Assembly: GCA_965279305.1 (NCBI GenBank)
Contig: OZ257143.1
Coordinates: forward strand, 150,001 to 182,000
From: Gammaproteobacteria bacterium
GTDB lineage: Bacteria > Pseudomonadota > Gammaproteobacteria > JBIOEC01
Reading direction: 5' to 3'
DNA: 32,000 nt
Shown: positions 9,416-17,557 of the stretch, in pieces
Layout: every line of letters starts with the position of its first letter
Position numbering within the stretch: position 1 is the stretch's first letter
The notes under the pieces: model-generated
Seen by the model: only the letters and a program-made list of their open reading frames with translations
What the model was told of the DNA's origin: nothing
Database searches by the model: none
Position numbers and translations under genes: made by a program

Positions 9416-11728
9416 ATGCCAGTATCTGAAAACTTATCTTCGCAGCCTATCGCTGCTTCTGCTTTACCTGATAAGACCGACTATCATTTTTCCAAAGATC
9501 CTATTATTACTTTAAGGCTCTTTTCCCAAGATCCCGTTATTCTTGAACTCTATAAACATCTAGAAATAGCCCAACAATCCCAAAAAAGCAAACTAAGGAT
9601 AGAGCGTTGGGCAGCGGGTTTTGACGCAGCATTTGATAACTTAACCGTATTCAATATGGTGGGGCTTGCAGTAGGTGGCATATTAGGTTTTATCTTCCCT
9701 CCTTTAAGCGCTGCTGTTATTGCCGCTTTAATGATCCACCCTATCAGCTTTGGGATCATGAGAGGCTTGGAGGCAGGCGATCAACTAGAAAAAGACCAAG
9801 CCCAAGATATCATCGATTTAAATAAAGCCATAGAAGCCAGAAAACAGTATTTAATGAACGCTATGGCGTTACTTAATTCTAATTCATGGATTGGAAAATT
9901 ATTCACCGCCCATAAAGCCGAATTAATTGCGCGCGGTCAAATGGATCAAATACACGATTTTGAAAAAGCCTGTTTAAGCTGTGTTGAACAAATGGTTTCA
10001 CGCGAAGCCAACCCAGCTTCCACCGAAAGATTTTATTCTGATAGCAATCAATCTAAAATGCATGAGAAAGCGTTGGGCGTTTCTAGACGCTGGCGTAACT
10101 CATTAAAATTAGCCTTAATTGCGGTAGGCGCATTGGCTTCCGGTGTAGTCCCTGCCATTATTGTAGGCGTAATCGCTTTATTTGATGTGGCTGTTGCTAA
10201 AGCCAAAGAGGTATGGATAGATAAACCTCGCGAAGCCGCCCACAAACAAGTTGATTCTGTTAATAACGCAACAAAAGTACTCGATAATTTTATCGCTGAT
10301 CCTGAATTGATAGATCTTGAACTCAGAAAAAAAATGTTTGGTGATCTGGCTGATAAATTCAAAGTGGGATCTAAATCTGAAGCCAAAAATCTTTTTGCAG
10401 ATAAAATCGATGCTTTACGTGCCGCTACAGCAGCAAGAGAAAAAAGAGGCTTAACACTTAGCCGTATCGTTGGCTTTTTAAACGGCTTCTTCCCTGTGGT
10501 TTCTACAGCAGGTATTGCAGCGGGTCTTGCATTCCTTCTTATTCCGGATCCTACACTTCCTTTACGTTGGATGTTGGTTGGGGCCGCGGGGGTCGTTGTA
10601 CTAGCCCTTATTCCAGGTTATTTCTTTTATAAACATTTTGCTAAAAAAGAAAAAGAAGAAAATAAAAAACAACATTGGCTTATTGATAAATTTAAAAAAG
10701 CCGCAGACCGAGCTTCTAATGAAGTTAACGCCTTAGAAAATAAATACGGCCCATCATCAAACAAAGATAGAGATGCCTTTAATGCTCGCTTTAAATCACA
10801 AACACTTGCCGAATACGATGCACTTTATACTTCTCAAAGACAATTATTAGAGAGCAAATTAAAACATTGCAGCAGAAAAATACAAGATGCGGCACTTGAG
10901 CAATTTGAACAACGCTTTAAAGATGTTTATTACGATAGTTTTATGAAGCTGGCTGAAAGAAAACAAAGTAATGCGATAGTTTTTCTTAACAACTGCTCGC
11001 GAGTAGAAGAAAATATCTCTACATTATTAGAAACCAAATCAGATGCACCTTCCCTTTATAATAAATTCACCAGAGGAATAAGAAACTTTGCGCACAAGAT
11101 AGGATTAGCAGATGCCCCTCCAGCACCTGTCGAAACACCTCAGCTTAAATCAGTTCCCAATAAGGCTGGCATATATGAAAATTACCAAACATTCGTGAGA
11201 AGATTTAGAGATATGGTAGGTTTAGCTCATGCGCCCCGCTCTATTTTTCAAAACTCAACAGAAGCCACCAATATGAACATGGGATTAGCTTCCCTCTTGT
11301 TTGGAGGAATTTTAATAATCCCCTTCTACAAAAAAGATAAAGAAATTGACAGACCTCGAGCAGCAGTGACCAAAGAACTAGAAACCTCTACTCATACCGT
11401 TAATACCGTTCTTAATAATATGCTAGCTGAAAAAGGCAAAATTGAATCAGAAGAACAAGCATTAACAGCCTTAGTAAAAGCAACAACCCAACAATTGATA
11501 CAACCTTATACCAGCTCTGCCACACAAGTCCCTATTTGTTTCAAACAAGAAGCATTAAAAGAACCTACACGTCGATTACCTCGTGCAAGACGCGCCATCA
11601 ATAACAGACGCAATAGAGCACAAGAAAGAAAAGAAATAGATAAGGTATTCCATCATCATTCAGCTAAAGTATCAACTGAAAACGCTCCACAGCCAATCCC
11701 ACAAATCACCGTTATACTCGCATCATAA
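9416..11728 (+). CDS. Hypothetical large membrane/coiled-coil protein with several hydrophobic hairpin segments (Inc-like, effector-like architecture)
   Basis: 770-aa uninterrupted ORF. Hydrophobic segments at about aa 78-115 (two helices split by PP), 231-261, 351-405 (two helices) and 622-637. These are separated by long charged, helical, K/E/Q-rich regions. I recognise no enzymatic motif. Confidence 0.75.
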   Translation: MPVSENLSSQPIAASALPDKTDYHFSKDPIITLRLFSQDPVILELYKHLEIAQQSQKSKLRIERWAAGFDAAFDNLTVFNMVGLAVGGILGFIFPPLSAAVIAALMIHPISFGIMRGLEAGDQLEKDQAQDIIDLNKAIEARKQYLMNAMALLNSNSWIGKLFTAHKAELIARGQMDQIHDFEKACLSCVEQMVSREANPASTERFYSDSNQSKMHEKALGVSRRWRNSLKLALIAVGALASGVVPAIIVGVIALFDVAVAKAKEVWIDKPREAAHKQVDSVNNATKVLDNFIADPELIDLELRKKMFGDLADKFKVGSKSEAKNLFADKIDALRAATAAREKRGLTLSRIVGFLNGFFPVVSTAGIAAGLAFLLIPDPTLPLRWMLVGAAGVVVLALIPGYFFYKHFAKKEKEENKKQHWLIDKFKKAADRASNEVNALENKYGPSSNKDRDAFNARFKSQTLAEYDALYTSQRQLLESKLKHCSRKIQDAALEQFEQRFKDVYYDSFMKLAERKQSNAIVFLNNCSRVEENISTLLETKSDAPSLYNKFTRGIRNFAHKIGLADAPPAPVETPQLKSVPNKAGIYENYQTFVRRFRDMVGLAHAPRSIFQNSTEATNMNMGLASLLFGGILIIPFYKKDKEIDRPRAAVTKELETSTHTVNTVLNNMLAEKGKIESEEQALTALVKATTQQLIQPYTSSATQVPICFKQEALKEPTRRLPRARRAINNRRNRAQERKEIDKVFHHHSAKVSTENAPQPIPQITVILAS

Positions 11729-11784
11729 ACCCATAGCAAAACAAAACTATTTCACGATAGTCTAATCATCTTTTATATTATTAA

Positions 11785-12213
11785 TTATTCTTCTACGAAG
11801 GTGCACTGAGAAGCAAGGCCGCTGCAGGTGCAAGCGGTGCTAGGATAGTCGGTATTGATTTTGCAGGTCCAATTCACACTCTTAGGTCGCGTAGTAATAT
11901 CTTCTTGCATTTGCGCGATACGAATAACTTCGCCATCGTAATTACCTTGGTAATCACACACCACATAACCCAAACCTGATTCAATATTGGTTACTTGGAT
12001 CCATTGAGCATCTTTGAAATGAGCAATATGGGTAGAGTGTCCGGTGCCAGGAAAAGGATAATAGAATCCACCATCCCAACCCGGAGCATTCACAAACCAG
12101 CTGTTTTCACCCGGAGTGCGAACAATTTCTTTAGGTTCAGGACAAGAATTAGCAAAAGCCGATGCGCTCATTAACGTAGATACAAGCAAAGCTGCTGATA
12201 ATAATGTGCGCAT
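11785..12213 (-). CDS. Small secreted cysteine-containing protein, unknown function
   Basis: 142 aa. N-terminal Sec signal (MRTLLSAALLVSTLMSASAFA|N) and 6 Cys in the mature part. AGGATGGG SD upstream. Last gene of the DUF47-pit transcription unit direction. Confidence 0.7.
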   Translation of the reverse strand: MRTLLSAALLVSTLMSASAFANSCPEPKEIVRTPGENSWFVNAPGWDGGFYYPFPGTGHSTHIAHFKDAQWIQVTNIESGLGYVVCDYQGNYDGEVIRIAQMQEDITTRPKSVNWTCKINTDYPSTACTCSGLASQCTFVEE

Positions 12214-12237
12214 GACCCATCCTAGATATGCATTTAT

Positions 12238-13491
12238 TTAAACTAAAGTAAGTTTAAATATATAAAAGAAAATGATAGAAAGTATAGCACCTGCCGGTAA
12301 AGTCACAATCCATGAGCTAAAAATGCTACGCACTACATTCAAATTAATAGCACCAATACCGCGCGCTAAACCTACGCCTAATACGGCACCCACTAATGTG
12401 TGAGTAGTAGAAATCGGTAAGCCCATGGCAGAGGCGGTTACTACAGTGGTTGCAGCGCCTAATTCAGCGGCAAAACCACGGCTAGGTGTTAAATGTGTAA
12501 TACCTTCACCTACGGTGGCAATTACTTTATGTCCGTACGTAATTAATCCGATCACAATACCGATTGAACCTACTAATAAAATTTCGGTAGATACGCCTAC
12601 TTTATCAGAGAAAGTACCGCCATCCTGAATAGCTGCCATCACTGCAGCCATTGGGCCTACCGCGTTAGCCACATCGTTTGAACCATGCGCAAACGCCATT
12701 GCACACGCGGTGAAAATCATTAAAATCGCAAACACTTTTTCTACGTTCGCAAACATATCGCTACGAGTATGCATAACCGCCGGCTTAATGCGATGCAATA
12801 ACACCATACCAATTCCCATCACCACTAAACCTAAACCAATGGCAAATAAAATACCGGTCCAAGGGCCAATATCTAATCCAATATGTTTTAAACCTTTGGT
12901 AGTAGTAATTAACGACACCACTAAACCCGCTAAGAACATATAGAAAGGCACATATTTTTTAGCTTGTGCATACGGATCAGGCGCGCGCAATATTAACATT
13001 TGAACGCTAGTAAATAATAAGAAAGACAGTATTCCGCCCATAAAAGGTGAAACTACCCAGCTCATTACAATTTCAGTAACATCCCCCCATTGCACGGCAT
13101 CTACACCAATACCTACTACGGTAAAACCAATAATGGCACCAATAATAGAGTGAGTGGTTGAAACGGGTAATCCGAAACGAGTGGCAACAGCGAGCCACGT
13201 ACCCGCGGCTAATAGCGAGCCCATCATTCCGTATACTAACAATTCAGGTTGATCTATAAAATAATCGGCATCGGTAATACCTTTACTAATAGTATCGGTT
13301 ACCATACCGCCAGCCAGAAAAGCACCGGCAAACTCAAATACCGCAGCAATCAGAATTGCTTTTTTAATGGTGAGGGCTTTAGAGCCTACAGACGTACCCA
13401 TTGCATTGGCCACGTCATTAGCGCCAATACCCCAGGCCATAAATAATCCAAAAATAACAGTCAAGGTAATCAGTAAGTAATAATGTTCCAC
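12238..13491 (-). CDS. pit: Inorganic phosphate transporter, PiT family
   Basis: 417 aa, polytopic. Duplicated PiT signature GANDVANAMGTSVGS (N-terminal half) and GSNDVANAVGP (C-terminal half). GTG start with a GAGAGG SD 6 nt upstream. Confidence 0.93.
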   Translation of the reverse strand: MEHYYLLITLTVIFGLFMAWGIGANDVANAMGTSVGSKALTIKKAILIAAVFEFAGAFLAGGMVTDTISKGITDADYFIDQPELLVYGMMGSLLAAGTWLAVATRFGLPVSTTHSIIGAIIGFTVVGIGVDAVQWGDVTEIVMSWVVSPFMGGILSFLLFTSVQMLILRAPDPYAQAKKYVPFYMFLAGLVVSLITTTKGLKHIGLDIGPWTGILFAIGLGLVVMGIGMVLLHRIKPAVMHTRSDMFANVEKVFAILMIFTACAMAFAHGSNDVANAVGPMAAVMAAIQDGGTFSDKVGVSTEILLVGSIGIVIGLITYGHKVIATVGEGITHLTPSRGFAAELGAATTVVTASAMGLPISTTHTLVGAVLGVGLARGIGAINLNVVRSIFSSWIVTLPAGAILSIIFFYIFKLTLV

Positions 13492-13521
13492 AACAACCTC
13501 TCTAATGAATAATTAATGATT

Positions 13522-14196
13522 TTACTTTGCTAGCATGACCTGTAACTGCCCGCCAACACGTTGGGCTCTATCAGCCAAATCACCTGTCCAATCAAATATC
13601 TTATAGAGGAACATCACATCCACCGGATTTAACTGCTTCTCAATCTGGAATAGCTCAAAACGAATAGCCACTTGCATAGCGTCAGTATCGTTTTCAATCG
13701 CATCAAGTTGGTAAATAAGATCTTCTACCGTGCTCACTTCCTGCCCTTTGAAGCCTGTTTCTAATAAATTATCCAACTCATGAATCACTTTATACGCTTG
13801 GGTGGAAGCATCAATACAACGATTTAAAAATTTCATGTACAGCAAGTGTACTTGTTGAGGAAACTGCATTTTGCGGCCAAACACGATGCCAGCAATATCT
13901 TTGGCACGGTTAGCAATATGATCTTGTATGGTGAGCATTTCAAGCACATCACCACGCGCTACAGGCATCATTAAGCCTTTAGGTAAATGTAAACGAAGCT
14001 CTTTTTTTAAATCATCTGCTTCGTGCTCTAAGCGAGCAATCAAATTACGTTTCTTTTCCACTTCGGCCCAATCACCAGAAAATACCGCTTCAAAAAAAGC
14101 AGGCAGCTCGGAACAGCAAGTTTGAACCTTTTCCATATGCTGTTGAAGGGGGCGAATAGGAGAGCGGGCAAATACATTAAAAAGAGGACTTGTCAT
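13522..14196 (-). CDS. DUF47 / TIGR00153-type PhoU-like Pit accessory (phosphate transport regulator) protein
   Basis: 224 aa, all-helical. Sits directly upstream of pit with a 30-nt gap. This DUF47-PiT gene pairing is a well-known conserved arrangement. Confidence 0.8.
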   Translation of the reverse strand: MTSPLFNVFARSPIRPLQQHMEKVQTCCSELPAFFEAVFSGDWAEVEKKRNLIARLEHEADDLKKELRLHLPKGLMMPVARGDVLEMLTIQDHIANRAKDIAGIVFGRKMQFPQQVHLLYMKFLNRCIDASTQAYKVIHELDNLLETGFKGQEVSTVEDLIYQLDAIENDTDAMQVAIRFELFQIEKQLNPVDVMFLYKIFDWTGDLADRAQRVGGQLQVMLAK

Positions 14197-14262
14197 GATT
14201 AATTCCCTAATCCTGGGGTCTTGGCGGCCATGTTACCCCGCCCCTCTGCGATACGTCAAGAG

Positions 14263-14925
14263 CTATTTTAAGAAATGGTCTGCTAGCACTTTTTGGGTAA
14301 AACCAGGGCGTAAATAGTATCCTCTAGGAAGCGTGGCAATGCTTTGCCCTTCACTATTGGTTCCTTTCGTTAATGCATGGCTATCGGCCGCTTTAGGGCG
14401 AATTTGTAAATAGGTTCCAAGCTTTGCGCTAATTTCTTCTACACGGCCTAAACTAATCAACGATACCAATTCTTCCCAATCGTTACGCAAAATAGACACA
14501 TCAGCAGGATCAGGCTCCCATAAAATAGGCGTGCCTAATTGTCTTTCCGCCAATGGCATATTTGCTTCCCATAAAATAGGCACCCATAACACTTTCTGCA
14601 GCTTGCGCCACACCAAAGAGGTTTCCCATTGCTGGCCGGGTTCTCCATTTAATGACACTACACATATATAAGTAGACTCGCGCGGCTTTCCGTTACGATC
14701 CACCGGAATAGTTTTTAACTCAATGCCTAGCTGTGGAAAATCAGGCATAGGTAAACTGCCAGCTTGTGCGCCTAAATAATTTTCAATCAGTTGACCTATC
14801 GATCCTTTGGCTTTTAATAAATGTTCAGGCAGCTCATAACCTTGCATGATAGCAATATCACCGAGTGTGCGCCCCGCTAATGTTTGCGCCCGTTCAAGCA
14901 AAGAAGATAGTGTGTGAGTAACCAT
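14263..14925 (-). CDS. mutH: DNA mismatch repair endonuclease MutH
   Basis: 220 aa, colinear with E. coli MutH (..GIELKTIPVD.., ..LWVPI.., ..DWEEL.., ..YLQIRPKAA.., ..LPRGYYLR..). Confidence 0.94.
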   Translation of the reverse strand: MVTHTLSSLLERAQTLAGRTLGDIAIMQGYELPEHLLKAKGSIGQLIENYLGAQAGSLPMPDFPQLGIELKTIPVDRNGKPRESTYICVVSLNGEPGQQWETSLVWRKLQKVLWVPILWEANMPLAERQLGTPILWEPDPADVSILRNDWEELVSLISLGRVEEISAKLGTYLQIRPKAADSHALTKGTNSEGQSIATLPRGYYLRPGFTQKVLADHFLK

Positions 14926-14957
14926 AGGCTGATTCTACGTCGAGAAAAATCAGCCGT

Positions 14958-15920
14958 CTACGATACGGTAGCTAAACGAAAATAATCCATAATAGGCATA
15001 CGTCTTGGAGCAGGTGCAAGCGCAGGGTTTTTTTCATCTAAACTATCACGCGGAGAAGTCAGTGGAGATGCAGATGCACTTTGTGTGCCTACCGTTAAGC
15101 TTCTCACAATACCTAAGGGACGAGGTTTAGGAGCAACAGGTGAAGCTTGCCAACCTTCTCCCATATCTGTTATTTCTATAATTGGCATCATAGGAGTATC
15201 GGTGGGAGCCGCTATATTAACAAGCTTGGTAGCCATCAATAAAAACATCAGTTTTTCTTTGCATTTTGTTTGAACAGTACCAGAAGCTTTCACCACTTCC
15301 ATTTTTCTCATTAATTTATTTACCGCTTCTCTTTCCACTTCTTCTAATTTAATCACTAAAAATTTTAAAAAATCTTTTACCATCTGGTTAACAAATTCGT
15401 AAGATAAAGAAACATTATTTTCTCTGTGTTCTTTAGCGAACGCTTGTATTATTTTTATTTGTTCCAAAAATCCTATAATCAATTGCATGTTGGCATAACA
15501 AGGTTCTTGATTAGAATAATTTTTCAGTAATTCATTCACAAGATCAGAAACTGAATTGCATAACTCGGCAATGGATTCATCTTCACTTTGATTAAATACC
15601 AATTTATTTGAAATTCCCAGCTGTGAGCTTAAGTGAACTAAATGCGCTAAGCGATAATAATAACAAGCCTGAATTGCTTCATCTTCAATCCATTTTGCTA
15701 TTTTTTGTGGAGGATTATCTTTCGATGTCGAAAAGGTTGAAGCAAGATCAGTAGCTCGAGTGACATGCGCAGCAAATTTTTTGTTTAAATCGGCAATAAC
15801 ATTTTTAAAAATATCAGAGTTATAATTTGTGTCGAATATAGAAAAAAGATATGAACTTAAAACACGCAGTTGACTGGTTGAATCTTTTTCAGTGGTTGCA
15901 CCTAAAGTTAATTGCTTCAT
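14958..15920 (-). CDS. Hypothetical protein (helical N-terminal region, Pro/Ala/Ser-rich C-terminal tail); weak paralogue of 16009..16878
   Basis: The ORF is open to 15965. The ATG at 15920 (MKQLTLG..) has an AAGGGA SD about 6 nt upstream, so I prefer it. The alternative start is 15965. No known motif. Confidence 0.65.
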   Translation of the reverse strand: MKQLTLGATTEKDSTSQLRVLSSYLFSIFDTNYNSDIFKNVIADLNKKFAAHVTRATDLASTFSTSKDNPPQKIAKWIEDEAIQACYYYRLAHLVHLSSQLGISNKLVFNQSEDESIAELCNSVSDLVNELLKNYSNQEPCYANMQLIIGFLEQIKIIQAFAKEHRENNVSLSYEFVNQMVKDFLKFLVIKLEEVEREAVNKLMRKMEVVKASGTVQTKCKEKLMFLLMATKLVNIAAPTDTPMMPIIEITDMGEGWQASPVAPKPRPLGIVRSLTVGTQSASASPLTSPRDSLDEKNPALAPAPRRMPIMDYFRLATVS

Positions 15921-16008
15921 GAGTGTCCCTTTTTTAATTTGACTATTGAGATAATAGACAAGCATTAAAACGAACGCAATGTATTTTAAAAAACTGTGTA
16001 AACTCTAA

Positions 16009-16878
16009 TCACTGCACTCGACAACAAGCTAAAAAAGATCGAGCAGGTGCAGGTGCTTCTTTTGCTGGCCCCGCCGCAGTAGAAAGCGCTTGATGAGAAG
16101 GAAAACGAGAAGACGGTGATGCTTTAAATAATTTTAATAACTGATCAGCGCAAGTACCTTCATCGCTACTTGTCATCGGATAATTATCATGTTCTGCTCT
16201 TCTCAGTATAGTAGCAACTTCATTAATTAATGGTTGAACCGCATCTTGGCAATAATCAGGCAAATTTTCTAGTAATCCTTTTATAACGTACGCAAAAAAA
16301 ACAGGAGACACCTCTTTGTGAGATAAAGAAAGATTTTTTTCAGATCTGTCAGTAACCGCTTGAAAATCTGAATATAAATTATGTTGTAAATCTTTAATCA
16401 GTGCTAAGAAATCAAAAACCAATAATATAATTTGCTGTGCTTTTATTGTTTCAGTAACTGCACCACGGTTAGGAACCGCTCCAATATAAATATTATTTAA
16501 TACACCATAAAGCTCTTTGGATAATGCAGCAATTTCAGGCTGCTCTTTAGCATAACGTGATGGGTTGGCGGGTGGTGCTTCATAACGCTTACCTACATTG
16601 TCATATAAATAAATTAAACGTGCAAAGCGCGCTAATCGACATCCGTTTAAAATTTCAAACTCAATTAAATTTCGTGCGTCAACAGAATTATTATTACCAT
16701 CTTTTTGAAAAATTCTCTCTGCTGTTTGAAAATGCTTTAAAAATTGTATACGAATGCGGTCAATTTGTATTTTCAATAACGGTGAGCGGCAACCTTCTAG
16801 CAAGCCTTCAAAATTATTATATGAAGTAAAAATTGACATTAATCGTTCAGCATTGGCACCCTGTTCAACTTGCAGCAT
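16009..16878 (-). CDS. Hypothetical protein with C-terminal CaaX-like motif (..ACCRVQ*); weak paralogue of 14958..15920
   Basis: 289-aa ORF. Blocks are shared with the neighbouring ORF (IE.E....C...R.A.L..L; NLSLS; APAP near the C-terminus). The last four residues are C-R-V-Q. Confidence 0.65.
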   Translation of the reverse strand: MLQVEQGANAERLMSIFTSYNNFEGLLEGCRSPLLKIQIDRIRIQFLKHFQTAERIFQKDGNNNSVDARNLIEFEILNGCRLARFARLIYLYDNVGKRYEAPPANPSRYAKEQPEIAALSKELYGVLNNIYIGAVPNRGAVTETIKAQQIILLVFDFLALIKDLQHNLYSDFQAVTDRSEKNLSLSHKEVSPVFFAYVIKGLLENLPDYCQDAVQPLINEVATILRRAEHDNYPMTSSDEGTCADQLLKLFKASPSSRFPSHQALSTAAGPAKEAPAPARSFLACCRVQ

Positions 16879-16962
16879 AGCACATCCTTATTTCTCGAAT
16901 TGAGAATTAAAGAATAGCTAAATAAAAACAATTCTGCAACTAATTAAAAATAGGACAAGGAA

Positions 16963-17406
16963 TTATTTTGCGTGAGAATCGCGATGAGGACATTGTCCAT
17001 CATTTGCATGATCACAAGCACCATAAAGAGTCAGTGCATGATCGGTGAGAGTAAAACCCAATTTTTTAGCAATTTCGCGTTGTTGTTGCTCAATCACTTC
17101 ATTATAAAATTCTTCTACGTAGCCGCAATTAATACAAACCAAATGGTCGTGATGTTCGCCAATATTAATTTCAAAAACAGAATGACCGCCTTCAAAATTT
17201 TGACGTGAAATTAAACCCGCTTCTTCAAACTGAGTGAGCACTCGATAAACCGTAGCCAAGCCGACTTCTTCCCCGCTTTCTAGCAAATGCTTATAGATAT
17301 CTTCCGCACTCATATGACGCATAGGAGAGCTTTCTAAAATTTCCAAGATTTTAAGCCTAGGCACTGTGACTTTAAGGCCGGCTTTACGCAAATTATCATT
17401 GGTCAT
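16963..17406 (-). CDS. fur: Ferric uptake regulator Fur
   Basis: 147 aa. Typical Fur N-terminal winged helix (..LKVTVPRLKILEIL.., ..ATVYRVLTQFEEAGL..) and metal sites HHDHLVC.NCG. Confidence 0.95.
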   Translation of the reverse strand: MTNDNLRKAGLKVTVPRLKILEILESSPMRHMSAEDIYKHLLESGEEVGLATVYRVLTQFEEAGLISRQNFEGGHSVFEINIGEHHDHLVCINCGYVEEFYNEVIEQQQREIAKKLGFTLTDHALTLYGACDHANDGQCPHRDSHAK

Positions 17407-17493
17407 TAGTGCTACCTATATAGGGTTGAATTAGTCCTCTATTATGACCAAAACCCACTCCAAATACCACCACCTCACCCACCTAGCAAAAGC

Positions 17494-17523
17494 TTGACAG
17501 TACCTAGGGAAAACCAGTATAGT
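17494..17523 (+). promoter_or_regulatory. Candidate sigma70 promoter (TTGACA-18-TATAGT) for the 399-aa ORF
   Basis: Consensus -35 at 17494..17499 and -10 at 17518..17523, 35 nt upstream of the ATG at 17558. Confidence 0.5.
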
Positions 17524-17557
17524 ATGCTAACTTTCTTTATTTAAGAGACTTTTTATC

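Noticed and set aside
12425-13446. Small + strand ORFs (67, 77, 65 aa) across pit, plus 13928..14125, 15085..15273, 16557..16829 and 16972..17208
   Set aside because: They are antisense shadows of pit, DUF47, the orphan paralogues and fur. They have biased composition and no independent evidence.
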